This document shows, in pieces, positions 36,360 through 44,891 of a DNA stretch of 48,401 nucleotides. The notes below the pieces were generated by a model, which saw only the letters and a program-made list of their open reading frames with translations, was not told the DNA's origin and ran no database searches. Source of the DNA: Rhodothermales bacterium (lineage in GTDB: Bacteria > Bacteroidota > Rhodothermia > Rhodothermales > JABDKH01). The position numbers and the translations under genes are program-made. Numbering within the stretch: position 1 is the stretch's first letter; each line of letters begins with the position of its first letter. The DNA is taken from NCBI GenBank assembly GCA_028284545.1, contig JANQRN010000104.1, positions 1 to 48,401 on the forward strand. Reading direction: 5' to 3'.

Positions 36360-38558
36360 TCAGGAGCCGAAACGCGATCGCAGATCGGTTGGGGTAGCTG
36401 AGGCCGTGCCGGTGGCGTCGACTACAACTAGCTGATCGCGGAAGAGAAACGCAACTTCATTGCCCAGCTTCAGGAACGCCCGTGCGTCAGGATACATCTG
36501 GAAAAACGCGAAGTAGGCCTGGGACCCAAATTTCAGGTTCCACTCCGGCGCGTTTTCGGTGTTCGACTGCGTCAACCAGTTACCCGAGCCCGTTTGCACA
36601 AGGTTCTGCCCGAGGATGTTGATCAGGGGCGTCTCGTCGTCCTGTCGGATTACGCGCGCTTGCTTCAGGTCCCAGATGGCCTTGCTCATCTCGACAGCGT
36701 CTTTGCCCGAGGACTCCGACATCGCCTCTGGGGCGAATCGCTCACTCCGGCGCACAACGGCTCCGACCGGCGTCAGCGCGTCCAGTTCGCGGACCGCCGC
36801 AAAGCGTGCCTCATCCTCGGTTACGAGATAGGACGTGTATGGTGTGACAATGCCGAACTCCTTGGCCAGCGCGACTATCTCGTCGATCAGCGCCTCATTC
36901 TCTCCCTCGAGGCGAATGGATTCCAGCAGCACGCCGATTCGTCGCGTAGCCCAGACGCGCGCGACAAAGGCGTCGTCACGCATCACATCCGGCAAATCCA
37001 GCGAAACCTGTTGCGTGGTCTCCACGCCGTTGAGAGTTCCTTTGACCGTGATCACGGTCTTGCCCGCCCGGGCGTATCGGCCAGTAAGCGTTAGCGCATC
37101 TCCGAGGAACAGATCTGATGGTCTTCTGGGTGCAAGCTCAGAGAGTCGGACTCCGGTAGATGCAATGGTGATGTCCGTCATGACCGGATACCGCACCCTG
37201 TCGTAGAAGCTGGATACGCGTTCTTCGATATTCTCGTCGGGCCCGATATACTCGGCGAACGCACGCGAGTCCGTTGCAAGTCCGTCCAGCAGATCTGTGT
37301 TCACGTCGTAGCCTACGCCGAAGGCGAAGATGCGGGAATCGGTTGTGTTGTTGGCGCGGGCGTTCTGCAAAATCTCTTTTGGCATCACGACACCCGTTGA
37401 CGGGAGGCCGTCTGTGAGGAAGACAATTGTGCCGGGGCGCTCGTCGTCGAGCATGGCAAGTGCTTTGGCAAGCGCCTCGTTGATGTTGGTCCCACCCCGA
37501 GCCTCAAGTTGATCAACGAAGAAATGGGCGTCGTCGACTTCAGCCGTGCTGACGAGTTCGTCGGTAAACGCATTAGCGTCTGAGCTGAACGCCACCAGGC
37601 CAAACCTGTCGTCTTCTCCAAGACGGTCCAGTGCGTAGGAAACTGCCTCTCGTGCCTGAGCGATCTTCTCGCCAGCCATGCTTCCCGACGTATCCAGGAC
37701 GAACACGATGTCTCGTGGTGCCACCCGACGCGAGTCACGTACGACGGGCGGGTCGAGCATAAGCATGAAGTACCCCGACCTTCGTTTGTAGGGCCGGTGG
37801 GTAAGCAAGGTCGCGGCCAGGTGGTCACGACTCAGCGAGTAATAAAGGACGAAGCTCCTGGCGCGTTCATCAAGTTTGCCACCGGCCTCGACGAGTGTCG
37901 AGGCACCTGATCGCTTGACCGTGAGCTTGTTGGTGGGCGAATAGAGATTGCGGACGTCGGCGTCCGACGTAATCTCGACCGTCACCCGCGGCGCCGCACC
38001 AAGCGTCTGACCGTCCCGATGCGGACCGGCGTGACCGGCAGACAGGGCGCCGGTGAGCGGATGGACGAACCGGACGGTTTCTGCGGTGCGATCAAGGACG
38101 AGATCGTAGGTCAGGGTGATCTCTCGCGAAGCGCCCGGGTCGATGGGAAAGACCCGTGCCCGAAAAAGATTTCCGTCAGCCCACTCCAGCAGCGCTGGGT
38201 CAAGCACATTGCGTACGATTTCCTCGTAGGTGCGTCGCGCCTCTTTCGCGGGCAGCAGTTCGCCACCGACCACTTCGCCGTCAATCTTCAAGGTGAAGGC
38301 TGAAACGGCCGCACCGGCGGGCAGCGGAAAGAGAAAAGTGCCCTCGAGTCTCAGGCGCGATGGATTCCGGATTGCTGCGCTCACGGTGACGGTCGCAACC
38401 TGATGGTTGATCAGCGCAGAGACCTGGTGGTTTTCGAGCTGGAGTTCATTCGGTCGCGCGCTGCGGTCCAGAATCCATCCTTGCGCGAGCGCCGAAGACC
38501 CCGACGCGGTCGCGCCAGCAACCACGATTGCGAGCAATAAGAGCGGTTTGGTCCACAT
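36360..38558 (-). CDS. Secreted VIT-domain and von Willebrand factor type A (vWA) domain protein
   Basis: The signal peptide is MWTKPLLLLAIVVAGATASG; the start was refined from 38729 to the ATG at 38558. An N-terminal VIT-like region is present. The vWA MIDAS motif is VFVLDTSGSMAGEKI. The gene ends 18 bp upstream of the peptidase/PD40 paralog on the same strand. Confidence 0.75.
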   Translation of the reverse strand: MWTKPLLLLAIVVAGATASGSSALAQGWILDRSARPNELQLENHQVSALINHQVATVTVSAAIRNPSRLRLEGTFLFPLPAGAAVSAFTLKIDGEVVGGELLPAKEARRTYEEIVRNVLDPALLEWADGNLFRARVFPIDPGASREITLTYDLVLDRTAETVRFVHPLTGALSAGHAGPHRDGQTLGAAPRVTVEITSDADVRNLYSPTNKLTVKRSGASTLVEAGGKLDERARSFVLYYSLSRDHLAATLLTHRPYKRRSGYFMLMLDPPVVRDSRRVAPRDIVFVLDTSGSMAGEKIAQAREAVSYALDRLGEDDRFGLVAFSSDANAFTDELVSTAEVDDAHFFVDQLEARGGTNINEALAKALAMLDDERPGTIVFLTDGLPSTGVVMPKEILQNARANNTTDSRIFAFGVGYDVNTDLLDGLATDSRAFAEYIGPDENIEERVSSFYDRVRYPVMTDITIASTGVRLSELAPRRPSDLFLGDALTLTGRYARAGKTVITVKGTLNGVETTQQVSLDLPDVMRDDAFVARVWATRRIGVLLESIRLEGENEALIDEIVALAKEFGIVTPYTSYLVTEDEARFAAVRELDALTPVGAVVRRSERFAPEAMSESSGKDAVEMSKAIWDLKQARVIRQDDETPLINILGQNLVQTGSGNWLTQSNTENAPEWNLKFGSQAYFAFFQMYPDARAFLKLGNEVAFLFRDQLVVVDATGTASATPTDLRSRFGS

Positions 38559-38743
38559 GAGGTAGAAACGGCCCCTTGACGTTGAATATTGCCCCCGAGG
38601 TGCTGCGGATAGACACGTAAAGGGGTCCTGGAAACGTTTGGTCAGCCTATGACACATAGCTGTCACCCTCTTGGTGTACCCTTTTAGCGGGTCTTCCGTA
38701 GAAAGAGTGAAGGCCGACGTGCAGCGCAACCTAGAGGTCGGAA

Positions 38744-39277
38744 ATGTTGAAAGCCGAAACGATACCCACCACAGCCGAGCAGCCCATCCAAGAACGGATC
38801 GCGGGGCAGGAACGTCCGCACATTGAGGAGTTTGTGACCGAGGCGGGCCGCTATCTGAGTGAGGACACGATCGTTCTCACGTCCGTCCGGGATGCCGATT
38901 ACGGTATTGTGGATGTCGTTTTCGTTGGCCCTGAGGCGACCATCGGTTTCGCGTTCGGCGGGTCTTCCCGTGCGCGGGTGCCCTACTTCCTGGACGCGCT
39001 CTACGAAGTTGCGGCCCTTGACGTGGCTCACGGGCTCGGTGACATTCTGTACGTTGCGGCCCGCCATCACGGCGCGCTTTTCCAGGACGACGCGCGTCTC
39101 CGGCTGGTGCCGTTCTGCTCATCGAGAATCCTGGCCAATGGCCGGCGGCGCGGCTCGACGACCGTGGGTCGCGGTGACGACGGCGAGCCGATTGTTGTGC
39201 GGCGACGCACTGCGGTCGTCGCGGAGCCGTCTTTCGCGCCCTTCAGACGACCTTCTGGAGTGGGTACCGCAGCCTAA
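38744..39277 (+). CDS. Hypothetical cytoplasmic protein
   Basis: The 177-aa protein has no signal peptide. Its composition is protein-like and it contains a Gly-rich motif FAFGGSSRA. The C-terminal third is Arg-rich and may be a read-through artifact. No family was recognised. Confidence 0.35.
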   Translation: MLKAETIPTTAEQPIQERIAGQERPHIEEFVTEAGRYLSEDTIVLTSVRDADYGIVDVVFVGPEATIGFAFGGSSRARVPYFLDALYEVAALDVAHGLGDILYVAARHHGALFQDDARLRLVPFCSSRILANGRRRGSTTVGRGDDGEPIVVRRRTAVVAEPSFAPFRRPSGVGTAA

Positions 39278-39289
39278 AGTCCGGTGCGT

Positions 39290-39316
39290 GTTCGACTTAA
39301 GTTCATTTAAGCGAAC
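39290..39316 (+). promoter_or_regulatory. Composite inverted/direct repeat (GTTCG-ac-TTAAG-ttcat-TTAAG-CGAAC) in an AT-rich patch upstream of the pilin-like gene. It is a candidate operator.
   Basis: GTTCG (39290-39294) and CGAAC (39312-39316) form an inverted repeat that encloses two TTAAG copies (39297-39301 and 39307-39311). The element lies about 100 bp upstream of the ATG at 39414, in a locally AT-rich region of a 65% GC genome. Confidence 0.3.
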
Positions 39317-39413
39317 CGCGGTTCTTCCGATTACCGGAGAGATCCCATCAGCTATGGTCAGTCGGCCGTGGCTGTACCGTACATGGTATAGAAGGTATTC
39401 CAGGAGGAATAGA

Positions 39414-39890
39414 ATGAAACTCACGAAAGTGATTGCGGCATTGGTATTTCTGGGCGTGACGGCCACGGCCAGCAATGCGCAGACAACTGATGCGCACGAC
39501 GTAACGATCGTTGTGCCCACAGTCAACATGATCGCGGTCAGCGGCGACCTGACCCTCACGCTTGGACAGCCGGCAGCGCCGGGTGGTGATCCGGCCCCTG
39601 CGACCAGCACGGGCGCTCAGTATCTGGTCACGACGAACGAGACTGGCAAGAAGATCACCGCGGCTCTGAGCAGCAACTACTCCACGGGCATCACGCTCGC
39701 GGTAGAGCTCATCGCTGTTGGGTCAGCCACCTCTGCAGGTCAGGTCACGCTCTCAGCAACGGCAGTAGACGTCGTTACTGGAATCGGCCTCGTCTCGGGA
39801 AGCGCGGCGATCAACTACACGGCTTCTGCGACTTCAGCAGTTGCGCCGGGTTCGGAGACGCGTACGGTAACGTACACGCTGACGAGCTAG
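39414..39890 (+). CDS. Small secreted Thr/Ser/Ala/Val-rich beta-strand protein, DUF4402/SCPU-like. It is a putative major subunit of an archaic chaperone-usher-type fimbria.
   Basis: A perfect AGGAGG RBS sits 6 nt upstream. The signal peptide is MKLTKVIAALVFLGVTATASNA|QTT. The mature protein is about 135 aa, with alternating-polarity beta-strand composition and a C-terminal alternating motif TVTYTLTS that resembles the final strand of SCPU/Csu-type pilins. A hairpin terminator follows. The long ORF listed from 38859 is an upstream in-frame extension. Confidence 0.55.
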   Translation: MKLTKVIAALVFLGVTATASNAQTTDAHDVTIVVPTVNMIAVSGDLTLTLGQPAAPGGDPAPATSTGAQYLVTTNETGKKITAALSSNYSTGITLAVELIAVGSATSAGQVTLSATAVDVVTGIGLVSGSAAINYTASATSAVAPGSETRTVTYTLTS

Positions 39891-39953
39891 ATCGTTGGTC
39901 GCACTACTCGTCTTGATATCCCGTCAAGGACGATAAGCTAGTTGACAGCCATA

Positions 39954-39980
39954 CCCGCCGGCACGCGCCGGCGGGTTTTG
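39954..39980 (+). terminator. Intra-operon hairpin (attenuating terminator) after the pilin-like gene
   Basis: The stem is CCCGCCGGC-acgc-GCCGGCGGG, followed by TTTTGG. It lies between the highly expressed-looking subunit gene and the downstream genes, as is typical of fimbrial operons. Confidence 0.55.
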
Positions 39981-40048
39981 GTGTTGTCTCGCTGGATAGT
40001 CAATCTCCCGTTCCGCGAAACCACCGCGAACGATCCTGCGGAGGTCGT

Positions 40049-40561
40049 GTGTTTTCCCGCCTCGCCAAGACTGCAAACGAATTGTCTCCTGCGCTGATGT
40101 GCAGGCTGGCGGCGTTTGCTCTTTTTGTTTTTGCGAGTTCTGTTTCCGCGCTCGAGGCCACGGCGCAGCTCCTCTTCGTTTCGGGTCCGCCCACCGAGCT
40201 TACAATTGCGCCGCCGTCGTTCGCCGGACTTGATCCGCTTCCCGACGAAGACTCCGCTACGCGAATCGTCTGGCTCTTTTCGCCGCGCCGCCCGTCAAAA
40301 ATTGTCGTCAACACCGTGGCTCCGGGCCAGTCATTTCGGTTGTTCACTGAGGCACGGAACGTTTTCCGGGCGACAGGAATGCCGGAGGTACAGCTGTTTG
40401 ACGGCGGTCCCGGGTTGGATTTCATCCGCGACATTCCCCGCCGGTCTTTTATCGGCGCGGCATCCATCTACTTCCGAGCAGAGGCCCCGGCCCAACTCGG
40501 TAATTCACAACTGTACGGTGACGACAATCACACCGTCTACTTTACCTGGACTGCACAATGA
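40049..40561 (+). CDS. Secreted protein, a putative minor fimbrial subunit (alternative start at 40097)
   Basis: The internal Met at 40097 gives a canonical signal peptide (MCRLAAFALFVFASSVSALEA). The C-terminus HTVYFTWTAQ has the same alternating aromatic/Thr pattern as the upstream subunit. The stop overlaps the next gene's start by 4 bp. Confidence 0.5.
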   Translation: MFSRLAKTANELSPALMCRLAAFALFVFASSVSALEATAQLLFVSGPPTELTIAPPSFAGLDPLPDEDSATRIVWLFSPRRPSKIVVNTVAPGQSFRLFTEARNVFRATGMPEVQLFDGGPGLDFIRDIPRRSFIGAASIYFRAEAPAQLGNSQLYGDDNHTVYFTWTAQ

Positions 40562-41409
40562 GTTTCTCGAGCCTCCGGCACCTTCCGGGCGTTTGGGCCC
40601 AGTTTCTGGCGATCTGCCTAACGTGTTCGATCGCTGTTCCAAGCGCCGGCCAGATCTCTGTCGTCGGCGAGCTCGCTCGCGATCACGATGTCGCTCCTGG
40701 TAGCGTCGTCTTTGGGGAGATTGACGTGCACAATCCCACGAAGGCTCCTCGGCAGGCGAAGATCTACCAGACCGACTACAGCTTCTTTCTGGACGGTACT
40801 AATTTCTTCGACGAGCCGAGCACTCTCGAGCGCTCGAACGCAAAGTGGGTGCAGTTCTCGCCGTCGTTTGTAACCGTGCCGCCTGGACAGTCAGTATCGG
40901 TGCAGTACGAGGTGCGCGTCCCGACCGACTCGGTCGCACTCGCGGGCAGCTACTGGTCGGTTATCATGATCGAGGACATTCCCGACGATTCGCCGGAGTC
41001 GACGCTGGGTGATTCAGCCGATCCGGGTGAGGAGACTGAACTGGGAGTACGGCAGATCTACAGGTATGCGATTCAGATCGCGACGCACGTCCGAGTCACC
41101 GAGGAGTACGAAATCTCGTTTGCCGGCGTAGATCTCGAGCCGGGCATCACCGGCGGCCAGTTACTGCGAGTCGGGGTTGAGAACGATGGCAACATCCTTG
41201 TGCGTCCGCGTGTCTGGATCGAGCTGTTCAACGGCGAGGGCAAGAACCTCGGCAAGAGAGACTCCGAGGCAGCTCGGATCTACCCCGAGACGTCGGTGAG
41301 TTATCGATTTGATCTCAGCGATCTCGACTCCGGCGACTATGAGGTGCTGGTAGTGGTCGACGCCGGCGACGACAACCTGTTCGGCGGTCAATACTCCGTT
41401 TCGCTCTGA
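40558..41409 (+). CDS. Secreted 283-aa beta-rich protein. Its position and size fit a periplasmic chaperone-like component, but this is unverified.
   Basis: The signal peptide is MSFSSLRHLPGVWAQFLAICLTCSIAVPSAG. The mature protein is about 250 aa with two predicted Ig-like beta regions. The canonical PapD signature was not found. It is translationally coupled to the genes on both sides. Confidence 0.45.
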   Translation: MSFSSLRHLPGVWAQFLAICLTCSIAVPSAGQISVVGELARDHDVAPGSVVFGEIDVHNPTKAPRQAKIYQTDYSFFLDGTNFFDEPSTLERSNAKWVQFSPSFVTVPPGQSVSVQYEVRVPTDSVALAGSYWSVIMIEDIPDDSPESTLGDSADPGEETELGVRQIYRYAIQIATHVRVTEEYEISFAGVDLEPGITGGQLLRVGVENDGNILVRPRVWIELFNGEGKNLGKRDSEAARIYPETSVSYRFDLSDLDSGDYEVLVVVDAGDDNLFGGQYSVSL

Positions 41410-41415
41410 CCCAAC

Positions 41416-44400
41416 ATGCCGGCGCCCAGCCATAGAACACCTGCCATCTTTCCGGTGACGCGAGTCCTTGGGACTTTGCTTGCGCTACTGTCGTTGGCTC
41501 CCGCTGAGATCGGGAGAGCTGAAGGGCGGGCCATTGGCGATGTCGTCGAAGTTTCTCCAACGACGACCGAGCCTCTCGCGGCGGCGCCGGGAGAGGTGGT
41601 CACTGCCATCTTCACGGTGACGAACACCGGGACTGAGACACGCTCGTTCAAGGCTTCGGCGGACTTGCCAGCCGGCTGGCGTCGGATAGGGTCGTCGAAT
41701 TCGTTTGACGTCAGCGGCGGCGACACTGTGCGCCGCCTAATCTCTTTTCGTGTTTCAGCAGACGCGCCGGTAGGATCGTTCGACATTCGTTACCGCGTGA
41801 CTGATGTTGGGGCGCCGCTAGTATTTGATTCAGGCGTTGTCACCGTGGCCGTGGGCGAAAGTGACCGATTTGACATTACGCTGCTACGCGCACCTTCGTG
41901 GGTTGTCTCTGGTGACGATTATCAGATCGCACTCGTGCTGTCCAATCGCGGCAACGCGACGCGCCACATAAGGCTCCTGGCCAAGATCACCCCAGAAACG
42001 ACGTTTGACATGTCGCTCGACGAGTTGACGGTATTCGAGCCGGGTGAGCGTCAAACGTTGCGAGTCGACATCAGAGCGACGCAGGCGACGCAGCGCAAGC
42101 AACGTCAGTGGTTGCGGCTCCACGTCACTAGCGACGGCGTCGTGCTCAACGAGATTGCCGTTCCGGTCGACGTTCTTCCGACTGGAGGTTATGCTGATCG
42201 TGCCGGCCGAATGCCTGCAAGCGTTACGCTACACTCGTTCACGGGCCACCGGGGCAGCGGCGCGCAAGTAGAGTTCGATGCGCATGGACCCCTGAGAAAC
42301 GGCGGCACGGATATCATAGAGGTCGGCATTCGAACCCCCGATCGATCAACGGCATCGCTGTTCGCAAGGCGCGATGAATACCGGGTCGCCTATGTGAGTA
42401 AGTCGTGGGCCGTCATGCTTGGAGACCATGCGTTCTCGTTGTCTCCCCTCACCGAATACGGTAGGAGGGGACGCGGCGTGGGCGCAAGTGCCACCGCCGG
42501 CGCGCTGACGGCAACGGCTTTCTTTAGTCGTGGCCGATACGCGCTTCCCCGTGAAGACGTAGTTGGAGTTGGCCTGAAATACTCGTTGAGCGACGCGCTT
42601 CGATTCGGTGCAAATTTCCTCGACAAGTCGGGATTCTTGCCAGGCGAGAGCATCACGATTCGGTCCGAGTTTGAGCCAATCAGGGATGTCAAGCTTGACC
42701 TCGAGTTAGGCGACGGCGGCGACTCGGGTGTTCGAAGCTCTGCGTTTGCAGCGGGTGTGTCGGGTTCGCGGAAGTTTGGCAGTATCGACGCGCGCTACAT
42801 GAAAACGGGAAGAGCCTTTCCCGGGTTGTATCCAGACCGCACAGTCGCAAGCATGAGCTTTAGCGCACGACCAACACGCAACGTGCGGTTCGACGCAAGC
42901 GCTTCGACCGACGAGCGCAGACTCCAGTTCGCGTCCGCGGCCGGGTCAATTGTGCAATCGAAGTACGTGCGGGGCGGGCCGACTTACAAGTTTGAGTTTC
43001 TACGCAGTAAGGTGAATCTCTCAGCGGCCTACAAGTACCGCGCGCAGAATGCGGATTTTGGAAGTGCTGGTGAGAATCGCAACCATCTGTCGACCGAGCT
43101 GACCGCTGATATTGAGATCGGTCGCTATTCGCTCGGCGCATCAGTTGAGCACGGGTCAGTCTACGCCAGCTTCGTCGGCGAACGGCGCGCGGCTTCACGC
43201 TACGAACTTGCGACGCGTGCCCGCTATCGATCATTCTCCTGGAATGTCGCGGCATCGTTTGATCGAGGTGCGGCGATGTACCGGCTTGAAGGGCAGGAGA
43301 CGGCTTTGATATCCGTTGGAGCGAATGGCAACATAGGTAGCAGTTTTGCGTGGGGCGTCGACGCCTTTGCCATGTTTGATCGCTCGTTCATCGCAAGGCA
43401 GTATCGCTCGGTCGCCACGCGGGCAACGTACCAGCTACCATTCGGACATCATGTCGGCGTTCGCGCGCAGGTCACGGCAATCGGCGTCGGCGGTGGACTC
43501 TACGGCCACGATGTAGGTGTCACCTACCGCGTTCCCTTCAGCATACCGACGCTTCGCAAATCCGAGATGCGGATCCGGGGTCGCGTGGTGGATGCTGAAA
43601 CCGGTGAGGGCGTCACGGACGCACTCGTACGGGTGGGCAAAAGGACTGGCCAAACCCGTGAGGACGGTCGCTTCACAGTTCCGATCGCGGGCACTGAGAC
43701 GGAGTATCTCCTACTTGATGGCGCAAGTGTCGGACTTGATCGCGTTCCACTGATCGAGATGCCGATGGCCGTTAGTGACGACGTGATCGCATCGGAAATT
43801 GAGATTCCGGTGGCAGTAGCCGGGAGCATCAGCGGGATCGTCAATCGATTCGTGTTCGAGAACGGCGCGCTACAGACCGGGTCGCTAACGGCCTCAGCTC
43901 CTGAACCCGGGGTCGTTATTGAGTTCTCTGATGGTATAGGCCGCATTCGGACGACGTCCAGTGTTGACGGCACTTTTCGCGCGCCTCGCATCAGACCCGG
44001 TACCTGGACGGTGCGCATCGTGTACGCGAGCCTGCCCGAGACCTACGGCGTTGGTGAGCCGGTTACCGTGCATGTCGCTCCAGGACAGCGCGTCGATATC
44101 GAACTAAAGACAGTTCCTCGCCGGAGACAAATCCGATTTGTCGCATCCGGACGACTCAGTGCAGACTCGGTAGAGGCAAAGCCTGCATCGCCTGTCGAGC
44201 CAGTTGAGGAGACAGGGCTCCCCGGGAATGATCTTGCGTCCGGCGAAATTGGCGGCCAGACCCAGCTTGCTCATGCACCCATAACGCTGGACGGTTGTCC
44301 AATAACTGCTGAGCTACCGCTGCAGCACGAAGTTCTGCCAGGAGAAACGCTGACCGGCCTTGCGGCGACCTACTATTGCTCGGCGAGCAGCTGGCCCATC

Positions 44401-44727
44401 GTATGGTTTGGTAATGACGATGCTCTCCCGAATCCACATCGGCTGGAGCCGGGAGACAACCTTGTTGTTCCAGCTGTTGGCGCGGCACTCGGCTTTGAGC
44501 CCGATGCCGCAACGGGGCCGGCTCGACGCCACGTCGTTGCCGCTGGCGAGACGCTCAAGAGCATCGCCAGTGACTACTATGGACATGAGCGGTACTGGCC
44601 AAGGATCTGGATGGCGAATACACTCGTGGTCGGTGACGGGGTGGACGTACCCGCTGGCGCGGTCCTCGTAGTGCCAGGCTCAGAATGGCATCGGTTTGAG
44701 CGATTGATCCTCCGGCGCAAGCCATGA
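41416..44727 (+). CDS. Giant (1103-aa) secreted outer-membrane protein with DUF11/CARDB-like Ig repeats, a large beta-barrel region, two CarboxypepD_reg-like domains and two C-terminal LysM domains. It occupies the usher position of the cluster.
   Basis: An N-terminal signal peptide is present. The TVTNTG motif typical of DUF11/CARDB Ig-like repeats appears. The middle roughly 500 aa have an amphipathic beta-strand pattern rich in Tyr, Phe, Arg and Gly. IRGRVVDAETGEGVTDALVRV...DGRFTV matches CarboxypepD_reg. Two LysM motifs are present (HEVLPGETLTGLAATYY...EPGDNLVVP and RHVVAAGETLKSIASDYYG...VLVVP). Confidence 0.7.
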   Translation: MPAPSHRTPAIFPVTRVLGTLLALLSLAPAEIGRAEGRAIGDVVEVSPTTTEPLAAAPGEVVTAIFTVTNTGTETRSFKASADLPAGWRRIGSSNSFDVSGGDTVRRLISFRVSADAPVGSFDIRYRVTDVGAPLVFDSGVVTVAVGESDRFDITLLRAPSWVVSGDDYQIALVLSNRGNATRHIRLLAKITPETTFDMSLDELTVFEPGERQTLRVDIRATQATQRKQRQWLRLHVTSDGVVLNEIAVPVDVLPTGGYADRAGRMPASVTLHSFTGHRGSGAQVEFDAHGPLRNGGTDIIEVGIRTPDRSTASLFARRDEYRVAYVSKSWAVMLGDHAFSLSPLTEYGRRGRGVGASATAGALTATAFFSRGRYALPREDVVGVGLKYSLSDALRFGANFLDKSGFLPGESITIRSEFEPIRDVKLDLELGDGGDSGVRSSAFAAGVSGSRKFGSIDARYMKTGRAFPGLYPDRTVASMSFSARPTRNVRFDASASTDERRLQFASAAGSIVQSKYVRGGPTYKFEFLRSKVNLSAAYKYRAQNADFGSAGENRNHLSTELTADIEIGRYSLGASVEHGSVYASFVGERRAASRYELATRARYRSFSWNVAASFDRGAAMYRLEGQETALISVGANGNIGSSFAWGVDAFAMFDRSFIARQYRSVATRATYQLPFGHHVGVRAQVTAIGVGGGLYGHDVGVTYRVPFSIPTLRKSEMRIRGRVVDAETGEGVTDALVRVGKRTGQTREDGRFTVPIAGTETEYLLLDGASVGLDRVPLIEMPMAVSDDVIASEIEIPVAVAGSISGIVNRFVFENGALQTGSLTASAPEPGVVIEFSDGIGRIRTTSSVDGTFRAPRIRPGTWTVRIVYASLPETYGVGEPVTVHVAPGQRVDIELKTVPRRRQIRFVASGRLSADSVEAKPASPVEPVEETGLPGNDLASGEIGGQTQLAHAPITLDGCPITAELPLQHEVLPGETLTGLAATYYCSASSWPIVWFGNDDALPNPHRLEPGDNLVVPAVGAALGFEPDAATGPARRHVVAAGETLKSIASDYYGHERYWPRIWMANTLVVGDGVDVPAGAVLVVPGSEWHRFERLILRRKP

Positions 44728-44762
44728 TGTAACACCCTCCGGCGCCAGCCATGATTTAACAC
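44709..44762 (+). repeat. Tandem duplication of 27 bp (2 copies, 2 mismatches) spanning the stop codon of the 1103-aa gene
   Basis: CCTCCGGCGCAAGCCATGATGTAACAC is followed directly by CCTCCGGCGCCAGCCATGATTTAACAC. The first copy encodes the last residues (...LRRKP*). The second copy is a post-stop echo of the gene tail. Confidence 0.8.
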
Positions 44763-44891
44763 TGAGGGTCCCGGAGCGATAATCAGAGCGTCGCGAATAC
44801 GCAGTTCTGCAAGAGACTGATAATATTGATCTTGCGTACGTGTGTATCATTTCTATATTGAAGCGACAAATTCTGATTAGACCGAAATTTT

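Noticed and set aside
38859-39413. The upstream 185 codons of the listed 343-aa ORF (38859..39890)
   Set aside because: That portion has Arg/Ser-rich junk composition and overlaps the better 38744..39277 ORF in another frame. The real gene begins at the SD-preceded ATG at 39414, which carries a signal peptide.
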